Below, piece by piece: positions 40,993 through 51,623 of a stretch of DNA of 64,000 bases. The position numbers were made by a program, and so were the translations under genes. The first letter of the stretch is position 1. Each line of letters starts with the position of its first letter. Under the pieces are notes generated by a model. The model saw only the letters and a list, made by a program, of their open reading frames with translations, was not told where the DNA came from and searched no databases. Origin of the DNA: Candidatus Altimarinota bacterium (GTDB lineage: Bacteria > Patescibacteriota > Gracilibacteria > 1-14-2-50-48-13). Location of the stretch: contig JBKBWQ010000001.1 of assembly GCA_046314355.1 (NCBI GenBank), positions 128,001-192,000 on the forward strand, in the 5' to 3' direction.

Positions 40993-42420
40993 ATGATTCA
41001 GGATAAAATTTTTTCGATAGTAGATATAGAGACCACAGGGGGAAGCATCAACTTTGACCGTATCACTGAGATAGGGATTATTCAAGTGCAGAATGGAGAA
41101 GTAATCAATGAATTCAGATCTTTCTTTTTGCCTGGAAAGACACTCTCACCATGGATTACGGAACTTACAGGTATCACAAATTCTATGCTTCGCGGTGCTC
41201 CGCGCTTTCGGGAGAAGGCTCAGGAGATCTATGATATGCTCCAGGGCACAGTGTTTGTTGCTCATAATGCACGTTTTGATTATTCATTTATCAAGGCTGA
41301 GATGAAGCGCGCTGAGATAACCTTTAATAGTCCCATATTATGTACTGTGAGACTCTCCCGTGCTCTTTTTCCTGAACATAAACGTCACGGTCTAGATGCA
41401 CTTATTGAAAGATTTAATCTTAGCTGCGAGAATAGACATAGAGCTTATGATGACGCTTTGATGGTAAAGAAGTTTATAGATCTTCTTCCAAATTTTCATT
41501 CTCAAGAACAGATAGAAGCGCAGATAAAGAAACAGTTAAAACAATATGTAGTACCCTCAAAGGTTCCTGATCACCTTATAAAAAACCTGCCGCAAGGACC
41601 TGGTATATATAAATTTTATGGTAAGGATAATGCTCTTCTCTATGTGGGGAAAAGTATCAATATTCGCGAACGTGTACTATCTCATTTTACGGAATCCAGA
41701 GTTTCAAGTAAGGAACTCACTATGTTCAGTGACCTTGAATTTATAGACTGGCAGGAAACCTACGGCGAGCTCGGAGCCTTGTTACTTGAATCATCCCTGG
41801 TAAAGGATGAAAGTCCAATACATAATCGTAAACTAAGACGGCTGAGGAAGATGACTCTCATGAAGAAAAAACTTGATAAAAATGGCTATGCAACCGTAGA
41901 GATTTATGACTCTGAACATTTGGAACCTAGTGAAGCTGAAAGTATCTTAGGCATTTTTAGATCAAGAAAACAGGCGGAAGGATTCCTAGACCTCGTGAGC
42001 AAAAAGCATCAGCTGTGTCCGAAAATGATGGGCATTGAGAAATGTAATGGATCCTGTTTTTCTTATCGGTTAGGAAAGTGCACGGGAGCCTGTATGGCAG
42101 AAGAGGTGCAGGCATTATTTAACGCACGATTTGATCAAGCCTTCGAGGAAGTCCGTATCAAATCCTGGCCCTTTCCAGGTCCTATCCTTGTCAAAGAAGC
42201 AGGTGAAGAAGCTAATGAAGGTGCACTTTTTCTTCTGGATAAATGGTGTCTGCTTGGTGAAGGGAGTTTTTCTCAAGATGGATATGATCTCAAGACAAAT
42301 GCTTATACCTTTGATTTTGATCAGTACAAGATTCTTTCCAGTTACCTGCTGAAGAAAGCGAAGAAGGGGAGTATTGAGCGGATTACCTATAGGCAGATGG
42401 AGGAGTTGATGAGGGCATAG
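40993..42420 (+). CDS. DEDDh 3'-5' exonuclease (DnaQ-like) fused to GIY-YIG (UvrC/Cho-like) domain
   Basis: VDIETTG, AHNARFD, HRAYDDA; PGIYKFYG..LYVGKSINIRERVLSHF; Cys cluster. Confidence 0.9.
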   Translation: MIQDKIFSIVDIETTGGSINFDRITEIGIIQVQNGEVINEFRSFFLPGKTLSPWITELTGITNSMLRGAPRFREKAQEIYDMLQGTVFVAHNARFDYSFIKAEMKRAEITFNSPILCTVRLSRALFPEHKRHGLDALIERFNLSCENRHRAYDDALMVKKFIDLLPNFHSQEQIEAQIKKQLKQYVVPSKVPDHLIKNLPQGPGIYKFYGKDNALLYVGKSINIRERVLSHFTESRVSSKELTMFSDLEFIDWQETYGELGALLLESSLVKDESPIHNRKLRRLRKMTLMKKKLDKNGYATVEIYDSEHLEPSEAESILGIFRSRKQAEGFLDLVSKKHQLCPKMMGIEKCNGSCFSYRLGKCTGACMAEEVQALFNARFDQAFEEVRIKSWPFPGPILVKEAGEEANEGALFLLDKWCLLGEGSFSQDGYDLKTNAYTFDFDQYKILSSYLLKKAKKGSIERITYRQMEELMRA

Positions 42421-42429
42421 GGCTGATTT

Positions 42430-42662
42430 CCACTGTGTGTCATTCACGTACTGATCTGAATCAGCATAAATTCCGACGGGAATCCATTGTAATGTAGTGG
42501 TTTATAAAGGTAGTGTTTCTTAAGTGGCTTGTTCTTCACCTTGCCGGTGGGGCGTCACTTTTGTGACCAAAAGTAACCAAAAGTCTTTAAGGGGAGAAAA
42601 ACCATCTAGCAGGATTTGTGATTTCTATAAGTCATCAGATGGTTTCTCCCCATAAAAATCCC
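42430..42662. repeat. Cluster of hairpins resembling REP/MITE-type interspersed elements
   Basis: gtcattcacgt..acgggaatcc; cttttgtgaccaaaagtaaccaaaag; ggggagaaaaaccatct..agatggtttctcccc. Confidence 0.5.
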
Positions 42663-42802
42663 AGAACGGTGCGGTCTATACGCGGCTCAAGCTCATAGCT
42701 CAAACCTAAGGTTTTATACACAATAGTGCATTTCCTCTGTACATTTTTTTTGAAATCAGTATAAATGCTTCAAACAAAATTTTTGAAAAAAGGAGAAGTT
42801 GA

Positions 42803-43174
42803 TTGATGACTAAATTTCCATTACTAGTTAGCGCTGTCACAATGGACAAAACTACACTACACATGATCGATGAAAGATTAGGCGAGAGATATATAAATCA
42901 GACACCTATGGGTTTAAAAAATCTTGAGCAGGTAAATAATCTCATCGATTTTTCAAAGGCAGTATTTATTGAGCACTCGGCTCTTTATCCCTTTGAAAAT
43001 TATGATAATTTGACTGTGCTTCTAAATTACGGAACTGGTTTTAAAGAAATTGAGGTAATTTGCTGCCGAGACTCAAGTCTTAAAAAGATTAAAGAGTTTC
43101 GGAGACATAAACAACTGAAATTCTTTTCTCCGGAATGTTATAAAAAATCAGTTCATTCCTGGACAGAAAAATAA
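42803..43174 (+). CDS. Hypothetical protein
   Basis: GGAG SD, 123 aa, own terminator. Confidence 0.55.
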   Translation: MMTKFPLLVSAVTMDKTTLHMIDERLGERYINQTPMGLKNLEQVNNLIDFSKAVFIEHSALYPFENYDNLTVLLNYGTGFKEIEVICCRDSSLKKIKEFRRHKQLKFFSPECYKKSVHSWTEK

Positions 43175-43190
43175 AAAAATCATTGTAATG

Positions 43191-43210
43191 AAAAGCCTTC
43201 GGGCTTTTTT
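43191..43210 (+). terminator. Intrinsic terminator
   Basis: aaaagcc-ttcg-ggctttttt. Confidence 0.8.
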
Positions 43211-43267
43211 CTTTTGCAATTTTTCTATTTACTGTAGAATACAGCTACTTATATAAATTTTGAATGA

Positions 43268-44710
43268 ATGTCTGATCAAGAGAAGGTTTTAAAAAATCTG
43301 ACTGAAGGTGATTATAAATACGGCTTTACTACTGACATTGCGCAGGACATAGCGGATGTTGGTTTGACTGAAGATACAATCCGCTTTATTTCAAAAAGTA
43401 AGCAGGAACCTGAATTCATGCTTGAGTGGAGACTAAATGCTTTTCGAAGATGGCAGAAAATGACACCTCCCACATGGCAGAATGTAAGTTTTCCTCCCAT
43501 TGATTATCAGGCTATTAGCTACTATGCTGCACCAACTAAGAAAAAGAAACTTGGAAGTCTCGATGAGTTGGATCCTGAACTTAAAAAGACCTTTGATAAG
43601 CTTGGTATTTCACTCGATGAACAGAAGCGTATCAGCAATGTAGCTGTAGATGCTGTTGTGGATAGCGTTTCTGTGGCTACGACGTTTCAAAAGAAGCTTA
43701 AGAAGGCAGGAGTAATCTTTTGTCCTATTTCTGAGGCGATAAGAAAATACCCGAAGGTTGTAGAGCGGTATATTGGTTCAGTGGTTTCTGTCACAGATAA
43801 TTATTTTGCGGCTCTCAACTCTGCAGTATTTAGTGATGGAACATTTTGCTATATACCTAGGGGAATACGCTGTCCTATGGAGCTTTCAACGTATTTCCGT
43901 ATAAATGCAGCAAATACAGGGCAGTTTGAAAGGACTCTGATTATTGCTGATGAAGGATCTCATGTGAGTTATCTTGAAGGCTGTACTGCCCCTCAGAGAG
44001 ATGAGAATCAGCTTCATGCGGCAGTAGTAGAGCTTATAGCACATAAAGGAGCAGAGATTAAGTATTCGACAGTACAAAACTGGTATCCTGGTGATAAAGA
44101 AGGCAAAGGTGGAATTTACAATTTTGTGACAAAGCGGGGTATTTGTGAAGAGCGGGCAAAGATTTCATGGACACAAGTAGAGACAGGCTCTGCGATCACG
44201 TGGAAATATCCCAGTGTTATTCTAAAAGGAGATTATTCAATAGGAGAGTTTTACTCTATTGCTGTGACAAATAATTATCAGCAGGCAGACACAGGAACAA
44301 AGATGATTCATATGGGTAAGAATACAAAAAGCCGGATTATTTCAAAGGGAATCTCTGCAGGCAAAAGCCAAAATTCATACCGTGGACTTGTGCGCATACT
44401 TAAGAATGCAGATAACGCTAGAAACTTTACCCAGTGTGACTCTCTTCTTATGGGTAGTGAATGCGGCGCGCATACATTTCCATATATTGAAGATTCAAAT
44501 AAAACCGCTGTTATAGAACATGAGGCTACTACTTCAAAAATTGCGGAGGATGTCCTCTTATACTGTAATCAGCGAGGGCTTTCTACGGAAGATGCAGTTG
44601 CAATGATTATTGGAGGATATTGCCAGGAGGTACTTGCAGAGCTTCCGATGGAGTTTGCGGTGGAAGCAAAGAATCTTTTATCACTGACACTTGAAGGCAG
44701 CGTCGGATAA
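43268..44710 (+). CDS. sufB: Fe-S cluster assembly protein SufB
   Basis: [36 protein letters not shown]. Confidence 0.97.
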   Translation: MSDQEKVLKNLTEGDYKYGFTTDIAQDIADVGLTEDTIRFISKSKQEPEFMLEWRLNAFRRWQKMTPPTWQNVSFPPIDYQAISYYAAPTKKKKLGSLDELDPELKKTFDKLGISLDEQKRISNVAVDAVVDSVSVATTFQKKLKKAGVIFCPISEAIRKYPKVVERYIGSVVSVTDNYFAALNSAVFSDGTFCYIPRGIRCPMELSTYFRINAANTGQFERTLIIADEGSHVSYLEGCTAPQRDENQLHAAVVELIAHKGAEIKYSTVQNWYPGDKEGKGGIYNFVTKRGICEERAKISWTQVETGSAITWKYPSVILKGDYSIGEFYSIAVTNNYQQADTGTKMIHMGKNTKSRIISKGISAGKSQNSYRGLVRILKNADNARNFTQCDSLLMGSECGAHTFPYIEDSNKTAVIEHEATTSKIAEDVLLYCNQRGLSTEDAVAMIIGGYCQEVLAELPMEFAVEAKNLLSLTLEGSVG

Positions 44711-44845
44711 GTATAGTAGATATAAGAATACTTTTTCTTATCTATAGTTTTTATAGATGAACAATATTATTTAAAATATTGTTTTTAACTAAAATATAAC
44801 TAATATTGTTTCGAAATAAAAATTTGCAAAGTAAAGGGAGATATT

Positions 44846-45100
44846 ATGAAGGTAGAATTAAAAAGAGAACAAATAAAAATTGAGAGTATATTTCTTGTAT
44901 TGCCTATGATCATTATGTTTTGGCTAGGTAGTAAAGGATTGCTCTATAGTCCCTATCATAAAAAGTTCTTCTTACAGATGTATTTTGTATATGTAGCACT
45001 ATATATCCTCGTAAAAGAATATGAGATCACAAATCATGAGATTAAAATAGGGAGTATAAGTTTTCTTATAATGAGTTTATATATTAAATTCTATCTATAA
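44846..45100 (+). CDS. Small hydrophobic membrane protein inserted between sufB and sufC
   Basis: GGGAG SD, about 3 hydrophobic segments, very AT-rich, own terminator. Confidence 0.5.
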   Translation: MKVELKREQIKIESIFLVLPMIIMFWLGSKGLLYSPYHKKFFLQMYFVYVALYILVKEYEITNHEIKIGSISFLIMSLYIKFYL

Positions 45101-45103
45101 GAA

Positions 45104-45134
45104 AAAAGGACTGATGAAATACATCGGTCCTTTT
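45104..45134 (+). terminator. Intrinsic terminator
   Basis: aaaaggactgatg-aaata-catcggtcctttt. Confidence 0.75.
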
Positions 45135-45283
45135 AATAAAGAACTGCTATAGCCAAATATTCTAATTTGCGCTATAGTTCATTATGACTTGTACATATAT
45201 GTGTGGATGTCGCACAGTGGGTTTTAAAATACTAAGAAACGCCCCTGAATAACAAGAAATTGCTAATATAATTATGTCTTTCA

Positions 45284-46021
45284 ATGTTAAAAATAACTAA
45301 TCTTTCAGTTTCGGTAGAAAACAAAGATATTCTCAAAGATTTCTCACTTGAAATAAAAGCTGGAGAGATACATGCGATAATGGGTCCCAATGGTACTGGA
45401 AAAAGTACACTTGCATCTGTATTGGCAGGTAAGGCAGGCTATAGTATTACCTCAGGCGAGGTCATATTTAATGGTAAGAATCTTTTAGAGTTTTCTCCTG
45501 AGATTCGTGCCAGAGAAGGACTTTTTCTAGCATTCCAGCATCCAGTCGAGATCCCAGGAGTAAGTAATGCACAGTTTCTGAAAAATGCTGTAAATGAGAT
45601 ACGGAAATATAGAGGGAAAGAAACTCTAGATGCCTTTGATTTTGAAGAGTTGCTGAAAGAAAAAATGTCTTTGATGAAAATGAAGGATGAATTCGTGAAT
45701 AGATCTTTCAATGAAGGATTCTCAGGAGGAGAAAAAAAACGTAATGAAATCCTTCAGATGGCATTACTGGAACCTAAGCTTACAATTCTTGATGAGATTG
45801 ATTCCGGATTGGACATTGATGCCCTTCGAATAGTAGCTGAGGGAATTAATACCATTCATGGAAAAGAGGATGGTATTCTTATGATTACACATTATCAGAG
45901 ACTTTTGGATTATATTACCCCCGATTTTGTACATATGATGGTGGATGGAAAAATAGTTAAGACAGGGGGAATAGAGCTTGCAAAAGAGCTGGAAGTAAAA
46001 GGATACATTGATCATATTTAA
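45284..46021 (+). CDS. sufC: Fe-S cluster assembly ATPase SufC
   Basis: [46 protein letters not shown]. Confidence 0.97.
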   Translation: MLKITNLSVSVENKDILKDFSLEIKAGEIHAIMGPNGTGKSTLASVLAGKAGYSITSGEVIFNGKNLLEFSPEIRAREGLFLAFQHPVEIPGVSNAQFLKNAVNEIRKYRGKETLDAFDFEELLKEKMSLMKMKDEFVNRSFNEGFSGGEKKRNEILQMALLEPKLTILDEIDSGLDIDALRIVAEGINTIHGKEDGILMITHYQRLLDYITPDFVHMMVDGKIVKTGGIELAKELEVKGYIDHI

Positions 46022-46038
46022 TAATACACTTACACCAC

Positions 46039-46587
46039 ATGGCAGTTTCTTATACATTTGTTCCAAAGCCCTTTAAACTTTACTATGCTTCTACGGAACG
46101 CGGACTTGTAAGTATTATCCCATCTTCATTGAGAAATAGAGATGAGAAAGAAGGAGATATTGTCTCTGCGACGCCTTCAAAGGCATTTGCGGCAGCGTTC
46201 TTATTTCAGCAAGGGAAAGATAGCTGTTTATCAGGCTGCTTTGGAGACATGGTCTATTTTGTGTATAAGGGTACCAAAAAAGAATTCATGAGTCTTGATA
46301 AGGGAGGTGTACTATATGAAGTCTCTTCTGATAACTTTAAATGTGATCCTAAATTTGGATTGGGCTTAATGGAGTGGGTAAGTGATAAGCCTGTTACTCC
46401 GCTTAAATCGGTAGCAGTAGATTCTATCCTGGAGGAAATGATCCAGCAGTATGTACAGGTATATTTTGTAGATGAGGAGACATTCTCTTTATGCAGCACA
46501 TCTCAGGATCATGGACGAAAAATGCTTGATGAGATGACTTCTGAGAATAAAAAACGGAATAAAAATGTTCGGTCACTTTATGCATAA
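46039..46587 (+). CDS. Hypothetical protein, possible ADP-ribosyltransferase-like fold
   Basis: LYYAS..IIP..VSATPSKAFA..GVLYEV..EWVS pattern; tightly packed between sufC and sufD. Confidence 0.5.
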   Translation: MAVSYTFVPKPFKLYYASTERGLVSIIPSSLRNRDEKEGDIVSATPSKAFAAAFLFQQGKDSCLSGCFGDMVYFVYKGTKKEFMSLDKGGVLYEVSSDNFKCDPKFGLGLMEWVSDKPVTPLKSVAVDSILEEMIQQYVQVYFVDEETFSLCSTSQDHGRKMLDEMTSENKKRNKNVRSLYA

Positions 46588-46591
46588 AGTC

Positions 46592-47866
46592 ATGGATAAA
46601 AAAATACTTACAGAAAGACTGCGGGGACAATTTGAACAATTTATTACATTGAGAGAAAAGCTTGAAAGTAATGATGCTATTGTTTTAAGAAGAAAACTCT
46701 TTGATGCATTTGAAAAAAATGGCTTTCCGGACAATAAACTTGAGGAGTGGAAATATACAAATATAAATCAGTTTATAGATGACTCAATGTATCTTTTCAC
46801 TGATAAAGATGGGATTGTACTGCCGAAAGATGAAATATCAGCACTCGTTGAGACGACGGGTGATAATACTGTCGTTTTTGTAAACGGATTCTATAGTGAA
46901 GAGTTATCAAAAGTATGCGGCGGTTGTGTGCAGATCGATGATGCAGGATTTATGTTAAGTGATGTACTTCCTGATGAAGATGGGTACTCATTGCTCCACA
47001 GAGCATTCGCCACTGAAGAGATAACTATTACTTTAGGTGGCACTATAGAGGATTTTCCTGTGAAGCTGCTTTTTTGTACCTACGGAACTGCCTTGCCGTT
47101 TATAGTTCAGCCCCGTCTGAATATTGTGATGCCGGAAGGTGGAGAAGGAATTATTATTGAAAGGTATGCCCACTTTGGAGATCAAAAATGTTTGACTAAT
47201 CTAGAGATAAGGTGCGATTTAGGTACTGATTCAATATTAAAACATTATCGTATTCAGAATTTTTCAGAAAATATGGTGCATGTGCATAACCTGGAAATCT
47301 CTCAAAAAGAGAAAAGTAATTATGAAGTTATAACTGTTACTACAGGAAGTGCTGTTGTAAGAAATACTCAGAGTATCATGCTCACTGAATCCAGCGCAGA
47401 AACGGCATTATATGGAGCATATTCTCTAGATGAGGATGGGTTTGCGGATAATCATACTGAGGTTCTTCATCAAGCATCTGATACAAAGAGCAGACAGATA
47501 TATAAAGGAACATTAGATGCGAGGTCCCATGGTGTATTTAATGGAAAGGTTATTGTAGAGAAAAATCTCATACATATCAATTCTGATCAAAATAATAAAA
47601 CCATGCTGCTTTCTGAAAATGCACGCATGGATACAAAGCCTGAATTACAAATTTTTTCAGACGATGTAAAATGTAGTCACGGCGCTGCACTAGGACACTT
47701 GGACGAAGATACATTATTTTTTATGAGGGCACGTGGTATTGGAGAGCAGAAAGCGAAATACATAATGAATCTCGCATTTATTCAGGACATTATACAGAAG
47801 ATTACAGACGAAGCTCTACGGGAAGAGCTGCTAAGCAATATGAAGAAGAAATTTCTCTTGGAATAA
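46592..47866 (+). CDS. sufD: Fe-S cluster assembly protein SufD
   Basis: GFP..EEWKYT, VFNGKV, TKPELQIFSDDVKCSHGA, FMRARGI. Confidence 0.95.
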   Translation: MDKKILTERLRGQFEQFITLREKLESNDAIVLRRKLFDAFEKNGFPDNKLEEWKYTNINQFIDDSMYLFTDKDGIVLPKDEISALVETTGDNTVVFVNGFYSEELSKVCGGCVQIDDAGFMLSDVLPDEDGYSLLHRAFATEEITITLGGTIEDFPVKLLFCTYGTALPFIVQPRLNIVMPEGGEGIIIERYAHFGDQKCLTNLEIRCDLGTDSILKHYRIQNFSENMVHVHNLEISQKEKSNYEVITVTTGSAVVRNTQSIMLTESSAETALYGAYSLDEDGFADNHTEVLHQASDTKSRQIYKGTLDARSHGVFNGKVIVEKNLIHINSDQNNKTMLLSENARMDTKPELQIFSDDVKCSHGAALGHLDEDTLFFMRARGIGEQKAKYIMNLAFIQDIIQKITDEALREELLSNMKKKFLLE

Positions 47867-47946
47867 TGCTACGCGTACGGACATAAAACTCTTTTCTTTT
47901 CTTGTTTTCTTAATTACACTCTTTTCAATGTTTACTATTATAAGAT

Positions 47947-49164
47947 ATGTTTGATATACAAAAAATACGTCAGGATTTTCCAATTCTAACAAGACAAGTT
48001 CACGATAAACCTTTAGTGTATTTAGATAATGCTGCTACTAGTCAGAAGCCTAGTGCTGTGATTGATTCACTTGTGGATTACTATACACGTTATAACAGTA
48101 ATGTGCATCGAGGCGTTCATACTCTCTCTGAAGAGGCGACACATGCATATGAACATGCAAGAGAGACTGTGAGAAGGTATATCAATGCTGCAAGCACAAA
48201 GGAGATAATCTTTGTAAGAGGTGCAACTGAAGCAATTAATCTCGTAGCGGCCACTTGGGGTAAGGTACATATTCAAAAGGATGATGAAATACTCATTACC
48301 ACTCTTGAGCATCATGCAAATCTTGTTCCTTGGCAGCTGTTATGTGAAGAAAAAGGTGCAAAATTAAAGGTAGTACCTATTACTAGTACAGGTGAAGTAA
48401 GAATAGAAAATGTAGAGGCAATGTTATCAAACAAGACAAAGCTTGTAGCATGTGCACACATCTCAAATGCATTGGGGACTATTTTACCTGTGGAAGAGAT
48501 TATAAGAAGTGCACATGAAAAAGGTATTCCAGTTCTTATTGATGGATGCCAGGCGGTACCTCATATGAGAGTTGATATGCAAAAGCTTGATGCTGATTTT
48601 TATGTATTCTCTGGTCATAAAATCTTTGCTCCTACGGGAATAGGTATTCTTTACGGCAAAGAAACATTACTTAATGCTATGCCTCCATATCAGTCCGGAG
48701 GTGACATGATATCTTCTGTAAGTTTCGAGAAAACTACTTTTAATGAACTGCCATATAAGTTTGAAGCAGGTACACCGGATATCGCAGGTGCCATTGGATT
48801 AGGAGCTGCACTAGAATACCTTGAACAGCTTGATTGGGATGAAATAGCCAAACATGAAAAAGAATTACTAGAATATGCGACAACCATGCTTCAAGAGATA
48901 CCAGGACTGCAGATTATTGGTACAGCACCTCAAAAGGCTTCAGTCATCTCATTTACACTTGGAAATATTCATCCTCACGACGTAGGGACGATCTGCGATA
49001 TGGAAGGTGTTGCTCTTCGTACCGGACACCACTGCGCTCAGCCTGTGATGGAAAGTTTTAATGTACCTGCAACCACACGTGCATCCTTTGCCTTTTATAA
49101 TACTAAGGAAGAAATTGAAATGCTTGTAAAAGCACTTTATAAAGTTTTATCTATCTTTGCCTAA
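47947..49164 (+). CDS. sufS: Cysteine desulfurase SufS
   Basis: YLDNAATSQKP, EHHAN, SGHK, RTGHHCAQP. Confidence 0.97.
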   Translation: MFDIQKIRQDFPILTRQVHDKPLVYLDNAATSQKPSAVIDSLVDYYTRYNSNVHRGVHTLSEEATHAYEHARETVRRYINAASTKEIIFVRGATEAINLVAATWGKVHIQKDDEILITTLEHHANLVPWQLLCEEKGAKLKVVPITSTGEVRIENVEAMLSNKTKLVACAHISNALGTILPVEEIIRSAHEKGIPVLIDGCQAVPHMRVDMQKLDADFYVFSGHKIFAPTGIGILYGKETLLNAMPPYQSGGDMISSVSFEKTTFNELPYKFEAGTPDIAGAIGLGAALEYLEQLDWDEIAKHEKELLEYATTMLQEIPGLQIIGTAPQKASVISFTLGNIHPHDVGTICDMEGVALRTGHHCAQPVMESFNVPATTRASFAFYNTKEEIEMLVKALYKVLSIFA

Positions 49165-49613
49165 TGGAAAATCTTAGAGAGCTCTATCAGCAGGTGATAC
49201 TTGATCATAATAAAGACCCGAAGAACTTTGGTGATCTTGAGCATTGCACGCATCATGCAGAAGGAAGGAATCCTGTATGTGGAGATCATTATATCGTTAA
49301 AATGCTTATTGAGGATACTTTAATTAAAGATATACATTACCAAGGGTCGGGATGTGCTATTTCGAAATCATCCGGATCACTGATGACTTCTATGCTCAAA
49401 GGCAAAACAGAAAAAGAAGCTTTAGAGCTTTTTGATGTATTTCAGAAACTAGTCACATCTTCAATAGAGAGCGAAGTTGATAAGGAAAAACTTGGAAAAT
49501 TAAGTGTATTTGCAGGTGTAAGAGAATTTCCAGCACGAGTAAAATGCGCAAGCCTAGTTTGGCACGCCATGAAGGCTGCAATAGAAAGGGGAAGAGATGT
49601 AACAACGGAATAA
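49164..49613 (+). CDS. sufU: SUF system sulfur-transfer protein SufU
   Basis: LYQQVILDH, NPVCGD, GCAISKSS, RVKCASL. Confidence 0.95.
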   Translation: MENLRELYQQVILDHNKDPKNFGDLEHCTHHAEGRNPVCGDHYIVKMLIEDTLIKDIHYQGSGCAISKSSGSLMTSMLKGKTEKEALELFDVFQKLVTSSIESEVDKEKLGKLSVFAGVREFPARVKCASLVWHAMKAAIERGRDVTTE

Positions 49614-49771
49614 CAAGCTCTCTATTCCGTTCGAAAACATTTCTTAATTATAAAGATTCTCAAACGGGATCCAACTGACCTTATGATAAGTATATCTATA
49701 ATTAAATATATAAAAACTTTTTTATATATTTTCTCTGCATATGATATACACAATACTTCGTTATCTTACAT

Positions 49772-50464
49772 ATGAGCATAGAAATATTATTTGGAAAAGA
49801 AGGAGCGTTAGCTGCAAAAGGAATTGTAGTAGTAGTTGATGTCTTTCGTGCTGCAAGCTGTGCATCGGTGGCATTAGCCCGAGGTGCAGAAAAAATACTG
49901 CCGGTGAAGACTACAGAAGAAGCTTTTGATTTAAAGAAGATGTATCCGGACACCATTATTATGGGTGAAGAAGGTGGTGTGATGGTTGAAGGATTTGATC
50001 TTGGAAATTCTCCATCTGACCTAGAACAGTATGATGTAAAAAATAAAGTAGTAATTCAAAGGACTTCAGCAGGAACAAAGGGGCTAGTGCTTGCTTCACA
50101 GAGATTGGGACAGGAGGTCTCAAAAGTATATTTCGGAGCCTTTACTACTATCTCTGCTCTTGCTAAGTTGCTGCTAAATAATAGGTATGAAAAAATATCT
50201 ATTGTCGCCATGGATGGACCAGATACGGAGGATAGCTACTATGCAGACTGTTTAAAAAGTCTTCTAGAAGGTAAAGTAATTGATAGGAATACTATTATTA
50301 AATATCTTCAAATACATAAAAAATCTGCACATTTTTTTGATAAGACACGTCTTTCACATCCTGAAGAAGACTTCTATATTTGTACAGATGTAGATAGATA
50401 CAATTTTGTTGTAGAGTTGAACTATGAGAGGGGGAAGATGATCTTGCAAAGGGTCAATAATTGA
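49772..50464 (+). CDS. 2-phosphosulfolactate phosphatase (ComB) family protein
   Basis: VVVDVFRA, GEEGG..GFDLGNSP, RTSAGT, EDSYYA. Confidence 0.88.
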   Translation: MSIEILFGKEGALAAKGIVVVVDVFRAASCASVALARGAEKILPVKTTEEAFDLKKMYPDTIIMGEEGGVMVEGFDLGNSPSDLEQYDVKNKVVIQRTSAGTKGLVLASQRLGQEVSKVYFGAFTTISALAKLLLNNRYEKISIVAMDGPDTEDSYYADCLKSLLEGKVIDRNTIIKYLQIHKKSAHFFDKTRLSHPEEDFYICTDVDRYNFVVELNYERGKMILQRVNN

Positions 50465-50530
50465 TATCTAGACTTACTATTACTTGATTTAGGCTCTAGT
50501 AAAAATATAAATAGAAACTCACGATGTTAG

Positions 50531-50776
50531 CTGAAAGGAGAATTATCTACGCATGATTATGCTAAAGTACTTCATTCGATAGTCTGGGAAGGAAAAGAAC
50601 TTATTGAAAACGGAGAATTCCAATACATAGGTATTCCTTGTCAACAAGGAGTAATTGAAGTTTTATCTATTCCTGCAGGTACTTGGCATGGATTTACAGC
50701 AGAAACATTTACGGTTTTGCTCGCTGTACAGACTTCTGATACCCACGGAGATACAGAATACTACAAACTTAAATAA
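50531..50776 (+). pseudogene. 5'-truncated cupin-domain fragment (absent from ORF track)
   Basis: Open frame LKGELS...LSIPAGTWHGFTAE..VLL ending TAA; in-frame TAG at 50528; no canonical in-frame start at its 5' end. Confidence 0.55.
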
Positions 50777-50781
50777 TTATG

Positions 50782-50812
50782 AAAAACGCTGATATTATTT
50801 ATCAGCGTTTTT
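50782..50812. terminator. Bidirectional intrinsic terminator
   Basis: aaaaacgctgata-ttatt-tatcagcgttttt. Confidence 0.8.
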
Positions 50813-50821
50813 ACCATTAAA

Positions 50822-51562
50822 TTATTTCTTCACCGCCGTCGCTCCATTAATCGCCGTCTCCAACTCTTCTTTATCTCCTAAATAATAATGTTTAACTGGC
50901 TGTAGCATATCGTCAAGCTCATAAATCAATGGAAATCCGCAGGGAATATTTAGTTCCATGATCTCTTCATTGGACATTTTATCAAGGTGCTGTACCAGTG
51001 CCCTTAGACTATTACCATGCGCTACGATAAGTACTGTCTTGTGTTCTTTAATCTCAGCGACGATGGAATTTTCCCAAAATGGGAGCATTCTTTTTAAGGT
51101 ATCAGCAAGACATTCTGTGGAAGGTAGATCTGCTTTATCTATTGATCCATATCTTATATCGTGTATTGGGTGCCTTTCATCCTCCAGAGTGAGTGCTGGC
51201 GGCTGCGTATCATAACTCCTGCGCCATATTTTCACTTGTTCCTCTCCGTACTGCTCTGCGGTTTCCGCCTTATTGAGTCCCTGGAGAGCTCCATAATGAC
51301 GTTCATTGAGTCTCCATGATCTCTCTACCGGCAGCCAAAGCTGCTCAACCTCCTCAAGAATATACCACCAAGTTTTTATAGCTCTTTTAAGTACAGATGT
51401 AAAAGATATATCAAAGACTATATTGGCTTCTTTCAGCAGTTTTCCAGCCCGTTTCGCGTCACTGACACCTTGTTCTGTAAGATCTACGTCAGTCCATCCG
51501 GTAAAACGGTTTTCTTTATTCCATGTACTTTCTCCGTGGCGTACTAATACTAATTTATGCAT
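50822..51562 (-). CDS. gpmA: 2,3-BPG-dependent phosphoglycerate mutase
   Basis: [38 protein letters not shown]. Confidence 0.97.
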   Translation of the reverse strand: MHKLVLVRHGESTWNKENRFTGWTDVDLTEQGVSDAKRAGKLLKEANIVFDISFTSVLKRAIKTWWYILEEVEQLWLPVERSWRLNERHYGALQGLNKAETAEQYGEEQVKIWRRSYDTQPPALTLEDERHPIHDIRYGSIDKADLPSTECLADTLKRMLPFWENSIVAEIKEHKTVLIVAHGNSLRALVQHLDKMSNEEIMELNIPCGFPLIYELDDMLQPVKHYYLGDKEELETAINGATAVKK

Positions 51563-51623
51563 AAGATATACTTACAAAATACCAGGTATATTCTACCTGA
51601 TTCAGAAAAATTTGTACATTATG

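Noticed and set aside
45195-45250. Riboswitch (c-di-GMP-like) upstream of sufC
   Set aside because: Only short weak hairpins; no GCAAA/GAAA consensus
50462-50530. Read-through fusion of the ComB-like gene to the cupin fragment
   Set aside because: Needs two in-frame stops (TGA, TAG) to be bypassed, and the linker looks non-coding
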